Below, piece by piece: positions 10,953 through 24,127 of a stretch of 64,000 bases of DNA (the stretch's first letter is position 1; each line of letters starts with the position of its first letter). The stretch is from TPA_inf: Saccharomyces (Eukaryota). The notes beneath the pieces were generated by a model that made no database searches, was not told where the DNA came from, and saw only the letters and a list, made by a program, of their open reading frames with translations. The stretch covers positions 416,001 through 480,000 of the forward strand of contig BK006944.2 in NCBI GenBank assembly GCA_000146045.2. Reading direction: 5' to 3'. Made by a program: the position numbers and the translations under genes.

Positions 10953-11294
10953 GCTGAACTATTATTTGGAAGCCTTTTTTAATAGACCATTGTATAAAAA
11001 TTTCTTTTTTTTGTATAGATATACTAAAGCAACGCTCATAAATGTAACATAGCTTCTTTTCAACTGAGAATTTATATTCATGCTAACTAAGCGTAAATCA
11101 CTTTTGATCTTCACAGCTCTTTAGCGGCACGAAAGCAAGAAAAAAAGATAACACTGTATGTCTGGAAAAGAATACTATAAAAATACCTGTTTACATAAAC
11201 CAATAAGGAAGAACGTGAGAGCAGGACCGTAAAAGAATTAATGTGTAAAGAATTAATGTGTAATGGTTATACTACTTAAAAACACCGTTTTCCT

Positions 11295-12551
11295 TCAAAT
11301 ATCCTTTTTCGTTGGAGTACTGTCAGTTGGAGTAGTGGAACTTTCATCACTTTCTTCGTCTGATTCACTATCACTTCTGTCATCCTTGAGAATACCTCTC
11401 CATAGAATCCTGTAAAGAACTCTAAAAATAAGGAACAGCCAATAAAGATTCACTAATTGCAAAGCGCCTATCAATACAAAGACAATTGGTAAGGAAATCC
11501 AACATTTATATTGCTGAGTGGCAAAATTCAAGACATAGTTACCTTCCGTGCGAAATTGCGTTAAAACGGACCATAGGATCTTTAAATTTATGTAATGACG
11601 CAAATAAATCCACGCAACAACAAAGATAGCAAAAGAAAAAAAAGCCAATCCAGAGTCCAAATAATTTAGAGTTTTGGAGAATGACAAAAGAAAATCAGAA
11701 ACATCCATTGTGATATAGATTGGCAGTCCCATTTTAGTGAAATGAAATACGTAGGAAGACCAAATCAATAGTAAAGTAACAATATGATGGAAAGTCAACT
11801 CGTTATGATCTTTTCTTGGCTTTTCTAGTTGCAATACAAGAATGCAGGCTTGTTGAGCCCAAAATGCAGCTTGACCCAAATAGAATACCTTGAATAAGAA
11901 GGGATTAGTGAAATCTGGATATGTTCTGTACATTGCCTTTGTGTTGAAAAACCATAAATCCGAATGGTACATACAATATATCCCGAAAGGACCGGAAACA
12001 CCGGTGTAGAAAATAGCGTACATTTGTTCCATGATTCTTTTTATTCTGTGCTTAGAAGTGACGTGTAACCTAATAGCGAACGGTCTAATGACAACATCCA
12101 TTAGGAATTCACGTAAGAATGTGAAAAAAATCATATAGTAAAATACAAAGCACAAATCGTTAATACCTTTACCATATGCGTTGGTATCACCTATTTGGTA
12201 TGACACAGCGACAAATCTATGTAACACATTTGTCTTTGTAGTGTTACCAGAAGTGAAATAGGCACTATATACCGCGATTAAAATCATCAAGGGAGCTATC
12301 CAGGCATGACGGTAACTTATCTCTCGGAATGAAAACCAGATTTTCTTGACCAGGTCGCTATCATTTTTGGTGGCTTCAGATAATCTCTGCATACGCCTTT
12401 TAGCAGCCGTTTTAGATTCTTTTGTCTCGAACATAGTACCTAAACTAGGTACAGTGTCCCCGAGGTCGATCTTACCTATGGAAGACTTGCGTCTTGGTCT
12501 TGACCTCACTTTCAAATTGTTGTTTGAAGGGCTTGGCTTTATTGTCGACAT
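11295..12551 (-). CDS. LAC1: Ceramide synthase catalytic subunit (TLC/Lag1 domain), multi-pass membrane protein, 418 aa
   Basis: 418-aa ORF with a true ATG, multiple hydrophobic segments, and a C-terminal acidic tail with the DxRSDxE-type motif. The length matches LAC1 (YKL008C). Confidence 0.9.
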
Positions 12552-13117
12552 AGCTCTTGTTTATTGATACTGTGTCTATCTAAATGTTTACCGGAGGTAT
12601 GAATAATAAAAACAATAGCGATCAACCGACAAAAATATCTGTATGGAACAGAAAAACGGTAACGAACAAGAAACTGTAGTTTTAACTTAAATCAGGTCCG
12701 GATTATAAAGCCGATGTAGCAGAAAAACGGGTTCACGGAATACAATAGCCAAATAACAATAAATAAATAAATAAATAAATAAGAAAAAAAAAAAGCAAGT
12801 AAATAAAACAAAACGGGATGCAACAAGCCAAGGAGGGAAACAATAGAAAAATAACTTAAAAATCTTTGTCTAGATTCCAATACTTTCTCCCTCCTCCCAC
12901 GTTATTTGTCTAGCATGATCAGGTACAATGCCCACCGATATGAGAAAAAAGAGTGAAAAAAAAAAAATGACGAAAATGGTTCCGCGGATCTAGCAACTTT
13001 GTTGGAATGACCGGAAAAGACAGTTGTTTCCTTTCCAACTATTTTTCATTCCTGGTCTTTTTCCTGTTGAAGCCCAGCATTTTTTTTTTCGCGTCGCGTT
13101 TTTTCACAACAGTTCGG

Positions 13118-13141
13118 ATCACGTGATAATCACTGCACGTG
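13118..13141. promoter_or_regulatory. Two CACGTG E-boxes (perfect palindrome ATCACGTGAT at about 13118..13127; second CACGTG at about 13136..13141), followed by a CATGTG at about 13147..13152 and preceded by a CGCGT-CGCGT doublet at about 13090..13099. Lies in the LAC1/CAP1 divergent promoter.
   Basis: Motifs read from the sequence. RTCACRTG is the Cbf1-type (and Pho4-type) bHLH binding consensus, and CGCGT is the MCB core. Which factor binds here is unknown. Confidence 0.4.
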
Positions 13142-13301
13142 ACTATCATGTGATACGATAGCCGGGTTATGATCCCCTTTTTCTTCCTATTGGAATACTG
13201 ATTTTACAGTGGCTAGTACTGGATTTGAGTATAGGAAGGTGTTAGCAACTGTAAGGTACTATTCAGACCGTTAATCCAACGGATCATAAGAGCGACAGAA
13301 A

Positions 13302-14108
13302 ATGTCTAGTAGTAAATTCGAAGAGGTCATCAACAAGATCATCAATGACAGCCCTCCAGGAGAATTAAGGGAAGTATACGACGATCTAATCAAGATCACA
13401 AGTGAAAACTCCAAAAATACTATTTTGGATGCTATTGAGAATTACAACGTGCAGAATTGCATCCCTATAGAAGTCAACGGGAACTCTGTAATTATTTCCA
13501 AATACAACAAGGAAGGAGCAAAGTTTTTTGATCCCGTAAATTCCGTAATATTTTCAGTTAACCATTTAGAGCGCAAGGGCCTTGACATTGAACCATATGA
13601 GTTCACGCATGCAAAGATAGAGAAAGGGCAATTGAAAGAACTGCACGATAAATTGCACGAATATCTTCTTCAGAGCTTTCCAGGTGATGTCAGTTTTGCT
13701 GTTTACCCAGTCCCTGAGGAAATAAGTAAAATTTCTATTATTATTGTTAGCACCAAATATAATCCAAACAATTTCTGGAACGGCCATTGGAGATCAAGCT
13801 ACATCTACGATTTGGAGACCAGGGAGTTATCCGGTCAAATCTCTACGCAAGTCCACTATTACGAAGACGGTAACGTTAGTTTCCAATCTGGGAAGGATAT
13901 CAATCAATCTAACGTTGATGACGTTGTTTGCACAATAAGGGATATTGAGACGAATTTCGAAAATGATCTAGATCTTTCATTTTTCGACTTGAACGAAAAA
14001 CAGTTTAAGGCCTTAAGAAGAAGATTACCAGTCACGAGATCCAAAATTAACTGGGGTAGTGCGATTGGCAGTTATAGATTGGGTAAGAATGCGGCAGAAG
14101 GCAAATGA
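13302..14108 (+). CDS. CAP1: F-actin capping protein alpha subunit, 268 aa
   Basis: 268-aa ORF with a true ATG. Matches CAP1 (YKL007W) in length and gene order. Confidence 0.9.
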   Translation: MSSSKFEEVINKIINDSPPGELREVYDDLIKITSENSKNTILDAIENYNVQNCIPIEVNGNSVIISKYNKEGAKFFDPVNSVIFSVNHLERKGLDIEPYEFTHAKIEKGQLKELHDKLHEYLLQSFPGDVSFAVYPVPEEISKISIIIVSTKYNPNNFWNGHWRSSYIYDLETRELSGQISTQVHYYEDGNVSFQSGKDINQSNVDDVVCTIRDIETNFENDLDLSFFDLNEKQFKALRRRLPVTRSKINWGSAIGSYRLGKNAAEGK

Positions 14109-14197
14109 AATTTCATGCCTGCCTTATTCCATTCTCTTCCTATTTCTTAAATTGAATACATCTATGTACATTATTTATTTTTGGCTTGATTGGCTCA

Positions 14198-14632
14198 CTA
14201 AAATAACTTAAACAGGGTATATAGAATGAAGAATATTAATAACGCCAAACCCACCATTCTCCATATGCTATTACCAGCCTTTAATGATCGGGTTAACCTT
14301 GAGGACGAATTTTTGATATCGGTAAACATCGATCCCAATGAATCTGTCATTTGGTTTATGACAGAACTGTCAGAGACCGCTCGGTCTCCAATCTCTTGGT
14401 TTATGTTTCTGAATGTAGCTAATTTATTGGCTAACCCCTCTAGTTTCCTATCATTCTGTTTAAAGTACATGTACATGAAGGGATGATACATCTGCTCATC
14501 CGGTGTACAGAAGCAATAGTTAGTAGCTTATAACATCCATATAGCAAGCTAGGTCCCATTCTAAACACCTATGCGTGTTGCCGGTGATTTACATACGTTT
14601 GATTCGGTCTGAGAATACCTAGAATTTGACAT
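14198..14632 (-). CDS. SFT1: Intra-Golgi v-SNARE, 97 aa. Two exons: 14632..14597 (MSNSRYSQTESN) and 14455..14198. Intron 14596..14456 (141 nt).
   Basis: Minus-strand GTATGT immediately after a 12-codon exon 1, and a TACTAAC branch point at about 14525..14519. The CAG acceptor before AATGATAGG sits 7 codons into the 97-codon track ORF 14198..14491; the 12-codon exon 1 plus the 85 codons from the acceptor give 97 aa (MSNSRYSQTESN-NDRKLEGL...). The C-terminal TM segment is typical of a tail-anchored SNARE. Confidence 0.85.
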
Positions 14633-15493
14633 CGCTATGATGATTATATATTACCTTTCTACCGTTCTCTCCTTGTTGAGTTCTTCCAGTATCCTTCTTA
14701 ATGATATACCTTATATTATTTCCTCTTTTTTTTTCTGCATGTAGCAATGCGCGGCTTCTTGCAATAACAAGAAAACTAGAGTAGCTAATTTACTGCATGA
14801 ACCGTACATTCAGCAACAAGAAACATAAGATACTTACCGCACAATATTCATTGGTCAGTTACCGTACACACGAAGATCCTTTCTGAGTAGCGTAGTTTAA
14901 GGGAGCACACATTTTTAAATTCTAAACATTGCCTCAAGATGTTCTCCCATATACAAGGAAGGAATATTGAGCAACATGGTTAATCTGCCAGTTGCAACAA
15001 CGCAAGTGTTATTAGAAATATTGTTCAAGGAAAATATCAGATAAAAAATTTTTCGCACTTCGCTAATCACCCATATAGAACATGGCGGTGTTCCAAGTGA
15101 TTAGCCCTAGATCGCAAATTATATCATCATTCAGTTACCTTTCTCATTGAATCTTCTTGATAAGAACTACTGGTACCTCAAATAGGAACGAAATATGATA
15201 CCACTGTATCATACTATCATTCTCAACACATTTGTTATATATTTTATGTTTCTACTGAACCTTTTGTCAGTCATCTCACTAGCAGCTGCGATTAACAGTC
15301 ATCGGATATTTAAAATTGAAGCTTTTAAAATTGAAGCTTTTAAAATCAAACATGAATACACATTGGAGTTCACTGAAGAAATTAGGTTTAAATAAAAAAA
15401 TCCAGCATTAGTTGTGAAGTAAAAAAAGACAAAACCAGCAAATTCTTGCCAGAATGTAACTATACTCTGAGTAAAATAATTGACAGCGCAAAT

Positions 15494-15506
15494 ACACCCA
15501 TACACT
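15494..15506. promoter_or_regulatory. Rap1 binding site (ACACCCATACACT) about 400 bp upstream of RPL14A. A weaker Rap1-like site (TCACCCATATAG) lies at about 15067..15078.
   Basis: Matches the ACACCCRYACAYM consensus typical of ribosomal-protein gene promoters, and the position relative to the ATG is typical. Confidence 0.6.
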
Positions 15507-15902
15507 ATTTTTACATCTTGACATCACATACATAATATGTGTGAAATATCAAATTTTGAGTGTCCGTTATCAATTTTTTTTCGATTTTGCATTTTATGAA
15601 GCTTCAAACAGGTGTCGGCCTAACTTTCCGCCCGGAAAAGAGCGGTTTACGAGAGATTGCTGCTTGCAGCTGCGTGCATTTTTCCATAATCGGGTTTCCC
15701 TTCAGCGCGCAGTGTTTCCATTCTCAGCCCAATTGGCAACGGAGAGAGCGTAGAGCTTTCAGTGGACTGCCCTTCGTACTCGTCGAGTACTATTGAACTG
15801 AAAAAAAAGTAATCTAAGGTTAAGTTGATCAGGTCTGCCGATTGTATAACAAATTTAATTGTTTGTCTTAGTGAACAAAGAGAGTCGTGAAAAATAAAAT
15901 AA

Positions 15903-16720
<818 letters not shown>

Positions 16721-17092
16721 AATATGTACATGATCTTTAATTCTGATATATTTCGTATGTAATTTTATCTTTAACTGGTGATTCTTTTAATAAATAAACT
16801 ACAATATTATAACTATTGAAAGCCTCTGTTATTCACACATCTTTGGAAAAAAAAAAATACAAATACCCAGTGAGTACTAAGTAAATTTGGAGTACCTAAG
16901 GGCTTGTATCGGTGGGGTTCCTGACCTAGCTTTATGTTTTACAAACGCATGCATATAAAATTTACAAAACTACAAAAACCATGAACACAATGAAAAGAAG
17001 GAAAAAGAGTAGGTTTGTCGTGAAAGTACACGCCTCTGAAGTTTTGTTATCATATTACTATAATATTGTTACAACTCTTAGGAATCTTATAT

Positions 17093-18877
17093 TTAATGGA
17101 TAAATTCCTGTTTCACGACAACAAATGCGAATAATGTTCTTTCATCTGATTTCATTCGCGAAAATCTCTCAGATCTTTCATCATTGTGACTGCCTAAAAT
17201 ATCTTTCAAAATTTCAGGAATTTCACCGCCCTTCGATGGAACGATATAAAAATCCTTCTCGTATCTAGTTTTTGGCTTTATACCTGCAATGCGACCTTTG
17301 TTTTCCAGGGAGTCTACAACGTCGGCAAAAGTTGTCTTACTTTCACTATCATTCGAAGGAAATAATTGGTATACTAATATAGCTCTAGAGCAAGAAATTT
17401 CCTTAAGATATGGTGCAGCAGTGGTTGTAGGTAAGCGCCCTTCTACATACAGTTTTCCGTCACCAATGGCTTCCTTGAAAATATCCCGTCTTAACTTTTG
17501 TGAAGCCCCAATGTAGTTTAGGTAACCTGTAAACTCAAGTCCTAAGCCGGGATACAAAAATGCGCAGTTTAAAGATTCTTCGTTGATTATTGTACTTGGG
17601 CTGGGTTCTTTCGAAATGGCATGAGTCTGTTCTATTTTACTCTTATCGCTGTCGATACTGTCAATGTTGTGTAATCTTATGCTGTCTTTTGAGTACAAAA
17701 TATCCTCTTGAGGTTCAGCGATATCTTCGATCAGCTCATCACCCTTGTGGGTCTTAACGTACATGGGTTTGTCAGGTACCTCCACGATAAAATTTTCTAA
17801 GATAATCTTATCCCTTTTCTCTTTAAATTCTTGTAAGTCAGGATTTGCGAGTTCAGATGCGTTCATGTTCACCAGTTTATTTAAAGGCAATTTGCCCTCG
17901 ACAACGTGTGCCTTCAGTTCCAAATTTTTTTTATCCTTTAAATTAGAGTATAACGACCTCACTTTCTCTGTGTATATCTTGTCCAAAGTACCAAACTCGA
18001 CGTTAAGGCAAGCTTTGTAAAGTTCTTCTTCCAGATTGTGCGCAAACTCTTGCGATATCGATATAACGTCTTTCCCATCAGGAAGCTCATAAAGTTTTGC
18101 CTCAATTGTTTCGGGAACGATGAATTTGCTAAATAAGGTAGAGAACATTTTTTCTGCATTATACCTCAGTTTGTGTTCTTTTTCGCTTTCAAAATCTTTC
18201 CTAGTAGGCATTTCGTTTTCGGCAGTATCAGACTTGGCGGCATCAATGCTTTTATTCCTTTTTTTTGACCCATTGGATTTCTTCACCTGTTTGGATTTGA
18301 TATGAATTCCTTTGGCACTATCGGGGCTCCTTTTTCGTTTCCTAGGGCTTTCCTCATCAAGAAAGACATCTGCATCATTGTCATCATGGTCATTTACGGG
18401 CTTGTAAACATCATCATGGTAATCTTCATCCTCTGAAACCTCTGCCTCCTTTGACGTTTCCAAATGTGCATACAATGATGGGTCGCACAATTCACAGTAG
18501 TACTTAGAATCTTCACTCATTAGCCCATCTATGGTGTCTTTACCATCAGTCATACATTTAATATGCTGCCAAGTGTCACAGCCATCGCACTGTACCATGT
18601 CGCCATGCGAATATTCTGCAGCATCGTAGTTTTCATTGTTCGCCCCACACAGACATCTAACATAGCCCTCATCCGCTTCGTCTACTTCGTCTGTTCTTAC
18701 ATTTTCAGTATCTTTCCTTGGCTCCTGAGAAGAATCAGACTTCTTATTCTTCTCTATGGCTGAATCAACTTTCTTTTTAGTTCTTTTTTTCTTTGGTGCT
18801 TCAGTCTCCTCCTGTAACAAATACTCAATATATTTATTCTGACCCTTATTAGATCTTGAAGAAGTACGGACAGACAT
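17093..18877 (-). CDS. BYE1: Negative regulator of transcription elongation with PHD finger, TFIIS-central and SPOC-like regions, 594 aa
   Basis: 594-aa ORF with a true ATG and a Cys/His PHD-type cluster near the N-terminus (CLCG...C..C..WQHIKC). The length matches BYE1 (YKL005C). Confidence 0.88.
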
Positions 18878-19579
18878 AATAAATTTAAACTAAATAAAAG
18901 CTAAAAGTAAAAGAGAACCTAGGATAATCGATAGCTCCCTGTGTATAGAACAAGTCAAAATACTAAGATCTCGTCAACCTATCCTCTTTCATTGCAAGCC
19001 TTTTGGCCAAACTGCAGTCTGGGCATCCCTTTGCATGTCTTGTGAAATAGTATCCATCTCTCCCCAGCTCCCAGAAATGATATGAAAAGTTATTCGTGAA
19101 GAGTGATCCTAAAACTGAAAAAAGGAAAAAACAAAAATGAGCTAAAAAAACCACAACAAAAGAATATCAACTTCATTGCTTGGCGGGTCATCGCTTTTTT
19201 ATTTCTTTCTGTCAAAGAATAATAAAGTGCCCATCAGTGTTCATATTTGTTACAAAGTGGTTTTCTGATTTGGTACTACTGCAGAGGCGTATTTTTTGCT
19301 TCAGTTACCATAGCGTAAGAACACTAGCGACTTTTGTTCGTGAACCAACAGAGTAGGATTTCTACTGCTACATCTCTTAGGTAGTTGGTTAGTCCGATCG
19401 CTCACTTTTGGTTGTTGTTAAGTACTTCATAAGTTTATCCTTTTCCTTTTTCACACTGAGCTACTTTGGGTATAGCTTTTGGCCCAAGGATCTTTGAATT
19501 TTCTCCAAAAGTACTTTATTTTATATCCTACAGGTTGCGGTTTTCATATTTTAAAAAGCTTTTAATCATTCCTTTGCGT

Positions 19580-20785
19580 ATGGCAAACCCTTTTTCGAGA
19601 TGGTTTCTATCAGAGAGACCTCCAAACTGCCATGTAGCCGATTTAGAAACAAGTTTAGATCCCCATCAAACGTTGTTGAAGGTGCAAAAATACAAACCCG
19701 CTTTAAGCGACTGGGTGCATTACATCTTCTTGGGATCCATCATGCTGTTTGTGTTCATTACTAATCCCGCACCTTGGATCTTCAAGATCCTTTTTTATTG
19801 TTTCTTGGGCACTTTATTCATCATTCCAGCTACGTCACAGTTTTTCTTCAATGCCTTGCCCATCCTAACATGGGTGGCGCTGTATTTCACTTCATCGTAC
19901 TTTCCAGATGACCGCAGGCCTCCTATTACTGTCAAAGTGTTACCAGCGGTGGAAACAATTTTATACGGCGACAATTTAAGTGATATTCTTGCAACATCGA
20001 CGAATTCCTTTTTGGACATTTTAGCATGGTTACCGTACGGACTATTTCATTTTGGGGCCCCATTTGTCGTTGCTGCCATCTTATTCGTATTTGGTCCACC
20101 AACTGTTTTGCAAGGTTATGCTTTTGCATTTGGTTATATGAACCTGTTTGGTGTTATCATGCAAAATGTCTTTCCAGCCGCTCCCCCATGGTATAAAATT
20201 CTCTATGGATTGCAATCAGCCAACTATGATATGCATGGCTCGCCTGGTGGATTAGCTAGAATTGATAAGCTACTCGGTATTAATATGTATACTACAGCTT
20301 TTTCAAATTCCTCCGTCATTTTCGGTGCTTTTCCTTCACTGCATTCCGGGTGTGCTACTATGGAAGCCCTGTTTTTCTGTTATTGTTTTCCAAAATTGAA
20401 GCCCTTGTTTATTGCTTATGTTTGCTGGTTATGGTGGTCAACTATGTATCTGACACACCATTATTTTGTAGACCTTATGGCAGGTTCTGTGCTGTCATAC
20501 GTTATTTTCCAGTACACAAAGTACACACATTTACCAATTGTAGATACATCTCTTTTTTGCAGATGGTCATACACTTCAATTGAGAAATACGATATATCAA
20601 AGAGTGATCCATTGGCTGCAGATTCAAACGATATCGAAAGTGTCCCTTTGTCCAACTTGGAACTTGACTTTGATCTTAATATGACTGATGAACCCAGTGT
20701 AAGCCCTTCGTTATTTGATGGATCTACTTCTGTTTCTCGTTCGTCCGCCACGTCTATAACGTCACTAGGTGTAAAGAGGGCTTAA
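19580..20785 (+). CDS. AUR1: Inositol phosphorylceramide synthase catalytic subunit (aureobasidin A target), multi-pass membrane protein, 401 aa
   Basis: The track ORF starts at a TTG. The first ATG gives MANPFSRWFLSERPPNCHVADLETSLDP..., 401 aa, matching AUR1 (YKL004W). It contains a PAP2-like phosphatase motif region. Confidence 0.9.
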   Translation: MANPFSRWFLSERPPNCHVADLETSLDPHQTLLKVQKYKPALSDWVHYIFLGSIMLFVFITNPAPWIFKILFYCFLGTLFIIPATSQFFFNALPILTWVALYFTSSYFPDDRRPPITVKVLPAVETILYGDNLSDILATSTNSFLDILAWLPYGLFHFGAPFVVAAILFVFGPPTVLQGYAFAFGYMNLFGVIMQNVFPAAPPWYKILYGLQSANYDMHGSPGGLARIDKLLGINMYTTAFSNSSVIFGAFPSLHSGCATMEALFFCYCFPKLKPLFIAYVCWLWWSTMYLTHHYFVDLMAGSVLSYVIFQYTKYTHLPIVDTSLFCRWSYTSIEKYDISKSDPLAADSNDIESVPLSNLELDFDLNMTDEPSVSPSLFDGSTSVSRSSATSITSLGVKRA

Positions 20786-21096
20786 TGAGTATTTTATCTG
20801 CAATTACGGATACGGTTGGTCTTATGTAGATACATATAAATATATATCTTTTTCTTTCTTTTTCTTAGTCAGGATTGTCGTTTAGCATAATATACATGTA
20901 GTTTATTTAATCACATACCACTGATTATCTTTAGAATTTTATAAATTTTTGAAATAAATGGGTGGCTTTTAATGGTGTCTATGTTAAGTGAGGCTTTTAG
21001 AATGCTCTTCCTGCTTTGTTTATTATATGTGTATGAAAGATATGTATGTATTTACATGTGTTTGTAGCGTCCCCAGTCAAAACCTGTGCGCTATAC

Positions 21097-21516
<420 letters not shown>

Positions 21517-21777
21517 TTATTCTTTCCTCTGTTGAAGCTTTTCTATTTTGTTTAAGCTGAACTAGTGGGAGTTTCCATTAAAAGGCTAAAGTCTTGTTGA
21601 AACTTTTCCGGGTTAGATGATAACTGCGAAAAGATAGATAAAATCAGCATTAAAGGGACTTCGTCTCCTCCTAATCAGAAATCATCCTTTCGAATTATGC
21701 GTATTCAGTTGAAGCGTATTTGTGACCAGTGTACTTCAAGGCTGATTGTTTCACCCTTGGACACAGAACGTTAAACA

Positions 21778-22544
21778 ATGAGTTTGTTTGAGTGGGTATT
21801 TGGAAAGAATGTCACTCCGCAAGAGAGGTTAAAAAAAGTATGTTGTTCTGTATTTGGATCAGTTATTTTAGTGAACATACTAACGTTAATTATTTGAGTT
21901 TTTAGAATCAAAGGGCTTTAGAAAGGACTCAGAGGGAGCTTGAAAGAGAAAAGAGAAAATTGGAACTACAAGATAAAAAACTTGTATCAGAAATTAAAAA
22001 ATCGGCAAAGAATGGGCAAGTTGCAGCTGCGAAAGTTCAAGCAAAAGATTTAGTAAGAACCCGGAATTACATCCAAAAATTTGACAACATGAAAGCTCAA
22101 CTTCAGGCGATATCATTGAGAATACAGGCCGTTCGAAGTAGTGACCAAATGACACGTTCTATGAGCGAGGCCACTGGTCTTTTGGCTGGAATGAACAGAA
22201 CAATGAATCTACCTCAGTTGCAAAGGATATCGATGGAGTTTGAAAAGCAGAGTGATTTGATGGGTCAACGACAGGAATTCATGGACGAAGCTATTGATAA
22301 CGTCATGGGTGATGAGGTGGATGAAGACGAAGAAGCTGACGAAATTGTAAATAAAGTTCTTGATGAGATTGGAGTGGATTTGAATTCACAGTTGCAAAGC
22401 ACGCCTCAAAATCTGGTTTCTAATGCGCCGATCGCAGAAACAGCGATGGGGATTCCTGAACCTATTGGCGCCGGATCAGAATTTCACGGTAATCCTGACG
22501 ATGACTTGCAAGCTCGGTTGAACACTTTGAAGAAGCAGACTTGA
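21778..22544 (+). CDS. DID4: ESCRT-III subunit (Snf7 family), 232 aa. Exons 21778..21837 and 21906..22544; intron 21838..21905 (68 nt).
   Basis: Exon 1 (MSLFEWVFGKNVTPQERLKK) is followed by GTATGT. TACTAAC at about 21878..21884 and a TTTAG acceptor at 21904/21905. Exon 2 (NQRALERTQRELEREKRKLELQDKK...) is in frame with the track ORF 21960..22544. Matches DID4/VPS2 (YKL002W). Confidence 0.88.
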
Positions 22545-22776
22545 GCGCTCTGAGTATATTTAATGAATAATAGGTCTATACTATAATACATCAACTACTG
22601 ATATCAAAGTAGGCACTTAGAATCAAAAGGCTTCCGAAAATTTGTTCAGTTTTTCACTTTACTCAATCTCGTCACTAAAGTTTTCTTTTTTTTTCGAATG
22701 AATCCTCGAATAAATATGTTCTATATTATATATATACATCTTTTATATATCATTAAATGTACAGTAATCGGTCAAA

Positions 22777-23385
22777 TTACAAATGCTTACGGATGATTTT
22801 TTCACTGATTAAGTACTCATAAATAATGGTAGCACATTCTTCAACCGTCTTCTGGTCGGTTCTCAAATGTAGCTCTGGAGCTTTTGGCGCTTCATATGGG
22901 GCAGAAATACCTGTAAACTCCTTGATTACACCCTCCCTAGCTTTCTTGTATAAACCCTTAGGGTCCCTTTGCTCAGCGACTTCTAATGGAACATCAACAA
23001 ATATTTCAATGAACTTCAAACCAGCCTCCTTATGTAGTTCACGAGCTCTATCTCTGTCAACTCTGTATGGAGAGATAAATGAGGTGATTGAAATAGCACA
23101 TGAATCAGCAAATAGCTTAGAAACTTCGCTAATTCTACGAATGTTTTCATTTCTGTCCTTTTCTGAGAAACCCAAATCCTTGTTCAATCCAAAACGAATG
23201 TTGTCACCATCCAATCTATATGCAGACAAGTTTTTTTGGAGCAGTAACTGTTCTAGCGCACAGGCGATTGTACTTTTACCTGACGCACTTAGACCTGTTA
23301 ACCAAATAGTACAACCGTCCTGTTTTCTCAATGCCTTGCGTTCGTCGTAAGTAAGATTTGGATGCCAAGTAATATTAGTAGCCAT
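22777..23385 (-). CDS. MET14: Adenylylsulfate (APS) kinase of the sulfate assimilation pathway, 202 aa
   Basis: The track ORF begins at a TTG. The first ATG gives [22 protein letters not shown]..., 202 aa, with a P-loop GLSASGKST. Matches MET14 (YKL001C). Confidence 0.9.
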
Positions 23386-23605
23386 TGGTGTACAGTGTGC
23401 TTGGAGAAATAATTCCAACTTTTCTTGATGTCAAGTTCGAACAAAGAGAGAAAATGAACGACATTAACGGATACGCAACTGATGTTGTATAGAAATTTTG
23501 CATCTTATATAGATATTTTGACAAATTCATGAAGTTGAAGTCATATTGAGTCGTTCATCCTCTTCTCCATTGCCACATTTTTTGAGGTGGCTTGTAAATA
23601 TATTG

Positions 23606-23613
23606 ATCACGTG
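23606..23613. promoter_or_regulatory. TCACGTGA Cbf1-type E-box about 225 bp upstream of the MET14 ATG
   Basis: Exact RTCACRTG consensus in the promoter of a sulfur-metabolism gene. MET genes are known Cbf1/Met4/Met28 targets. It is not part of the centromere, because no CDEII/CDEIII follow it. Confidence 0.6.
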
Positions 23614-24127
23614 AAATTAGTGGCACGGTCTTTTATTCCTGGAAAAGCGTGCAGCTATTTTTCGAGAATAATGTAAGGTACCGTGGGTGCCGTACCATCA
23701 CGCCGAAATGAAAGCAACTGTATTCTTTAATGTTACGCATTCTTGGTTGTTGGCTTATTTACATTTCTCGCGAGCTGGTGATGAGCCAAATGTCGTAGTG
23801 GAATGATTCTAGAAGTGCAGAGTTATCTGCTACATTGCCAAGGCGTCGTAACCGGGAGGGCTCACAAAGGCGCTTGCTCTAAACATGCATAGGGAAATTT
23901 GAAAATGATTGTTATGAGTAAACCTGTTAATGCTCCTTTAAACGTAATCTTATTTCACCAATTTTAAAAAAAGAAATTGGTAATTAACCTCACCTAACTT
24001 CTGTAATCACTTGTCAACGCTATTTACAATTTTGCTTTGATTTATACAGAGGAAGCAGTTTACTCTCCTTTCTATGTGTATTTGATTATTTTAATTACCA
24101 AGAAAACAAATTCTCGTAACATTCTTA

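Noticed and set aside
18963-19154. 63-aa minus-strand ORF with a hydrophobic N-terminus in the BYE1/AUR1 divergent intergenic region
   Set aside because: The track's M is a GTG. No ATG occurs until 9 codons from the end, and the ORF lies in a promoter region. Most likely spurious.
23601-23613. ATCACGTG match considered as a possible CDEI of the centromere
   Set aside because: No A/T-rich CDEII or CDEIII follows it. The true CDEI-III lies at 24128..24246. This one fits a Cbf1 site in the MET14 promoter instead.
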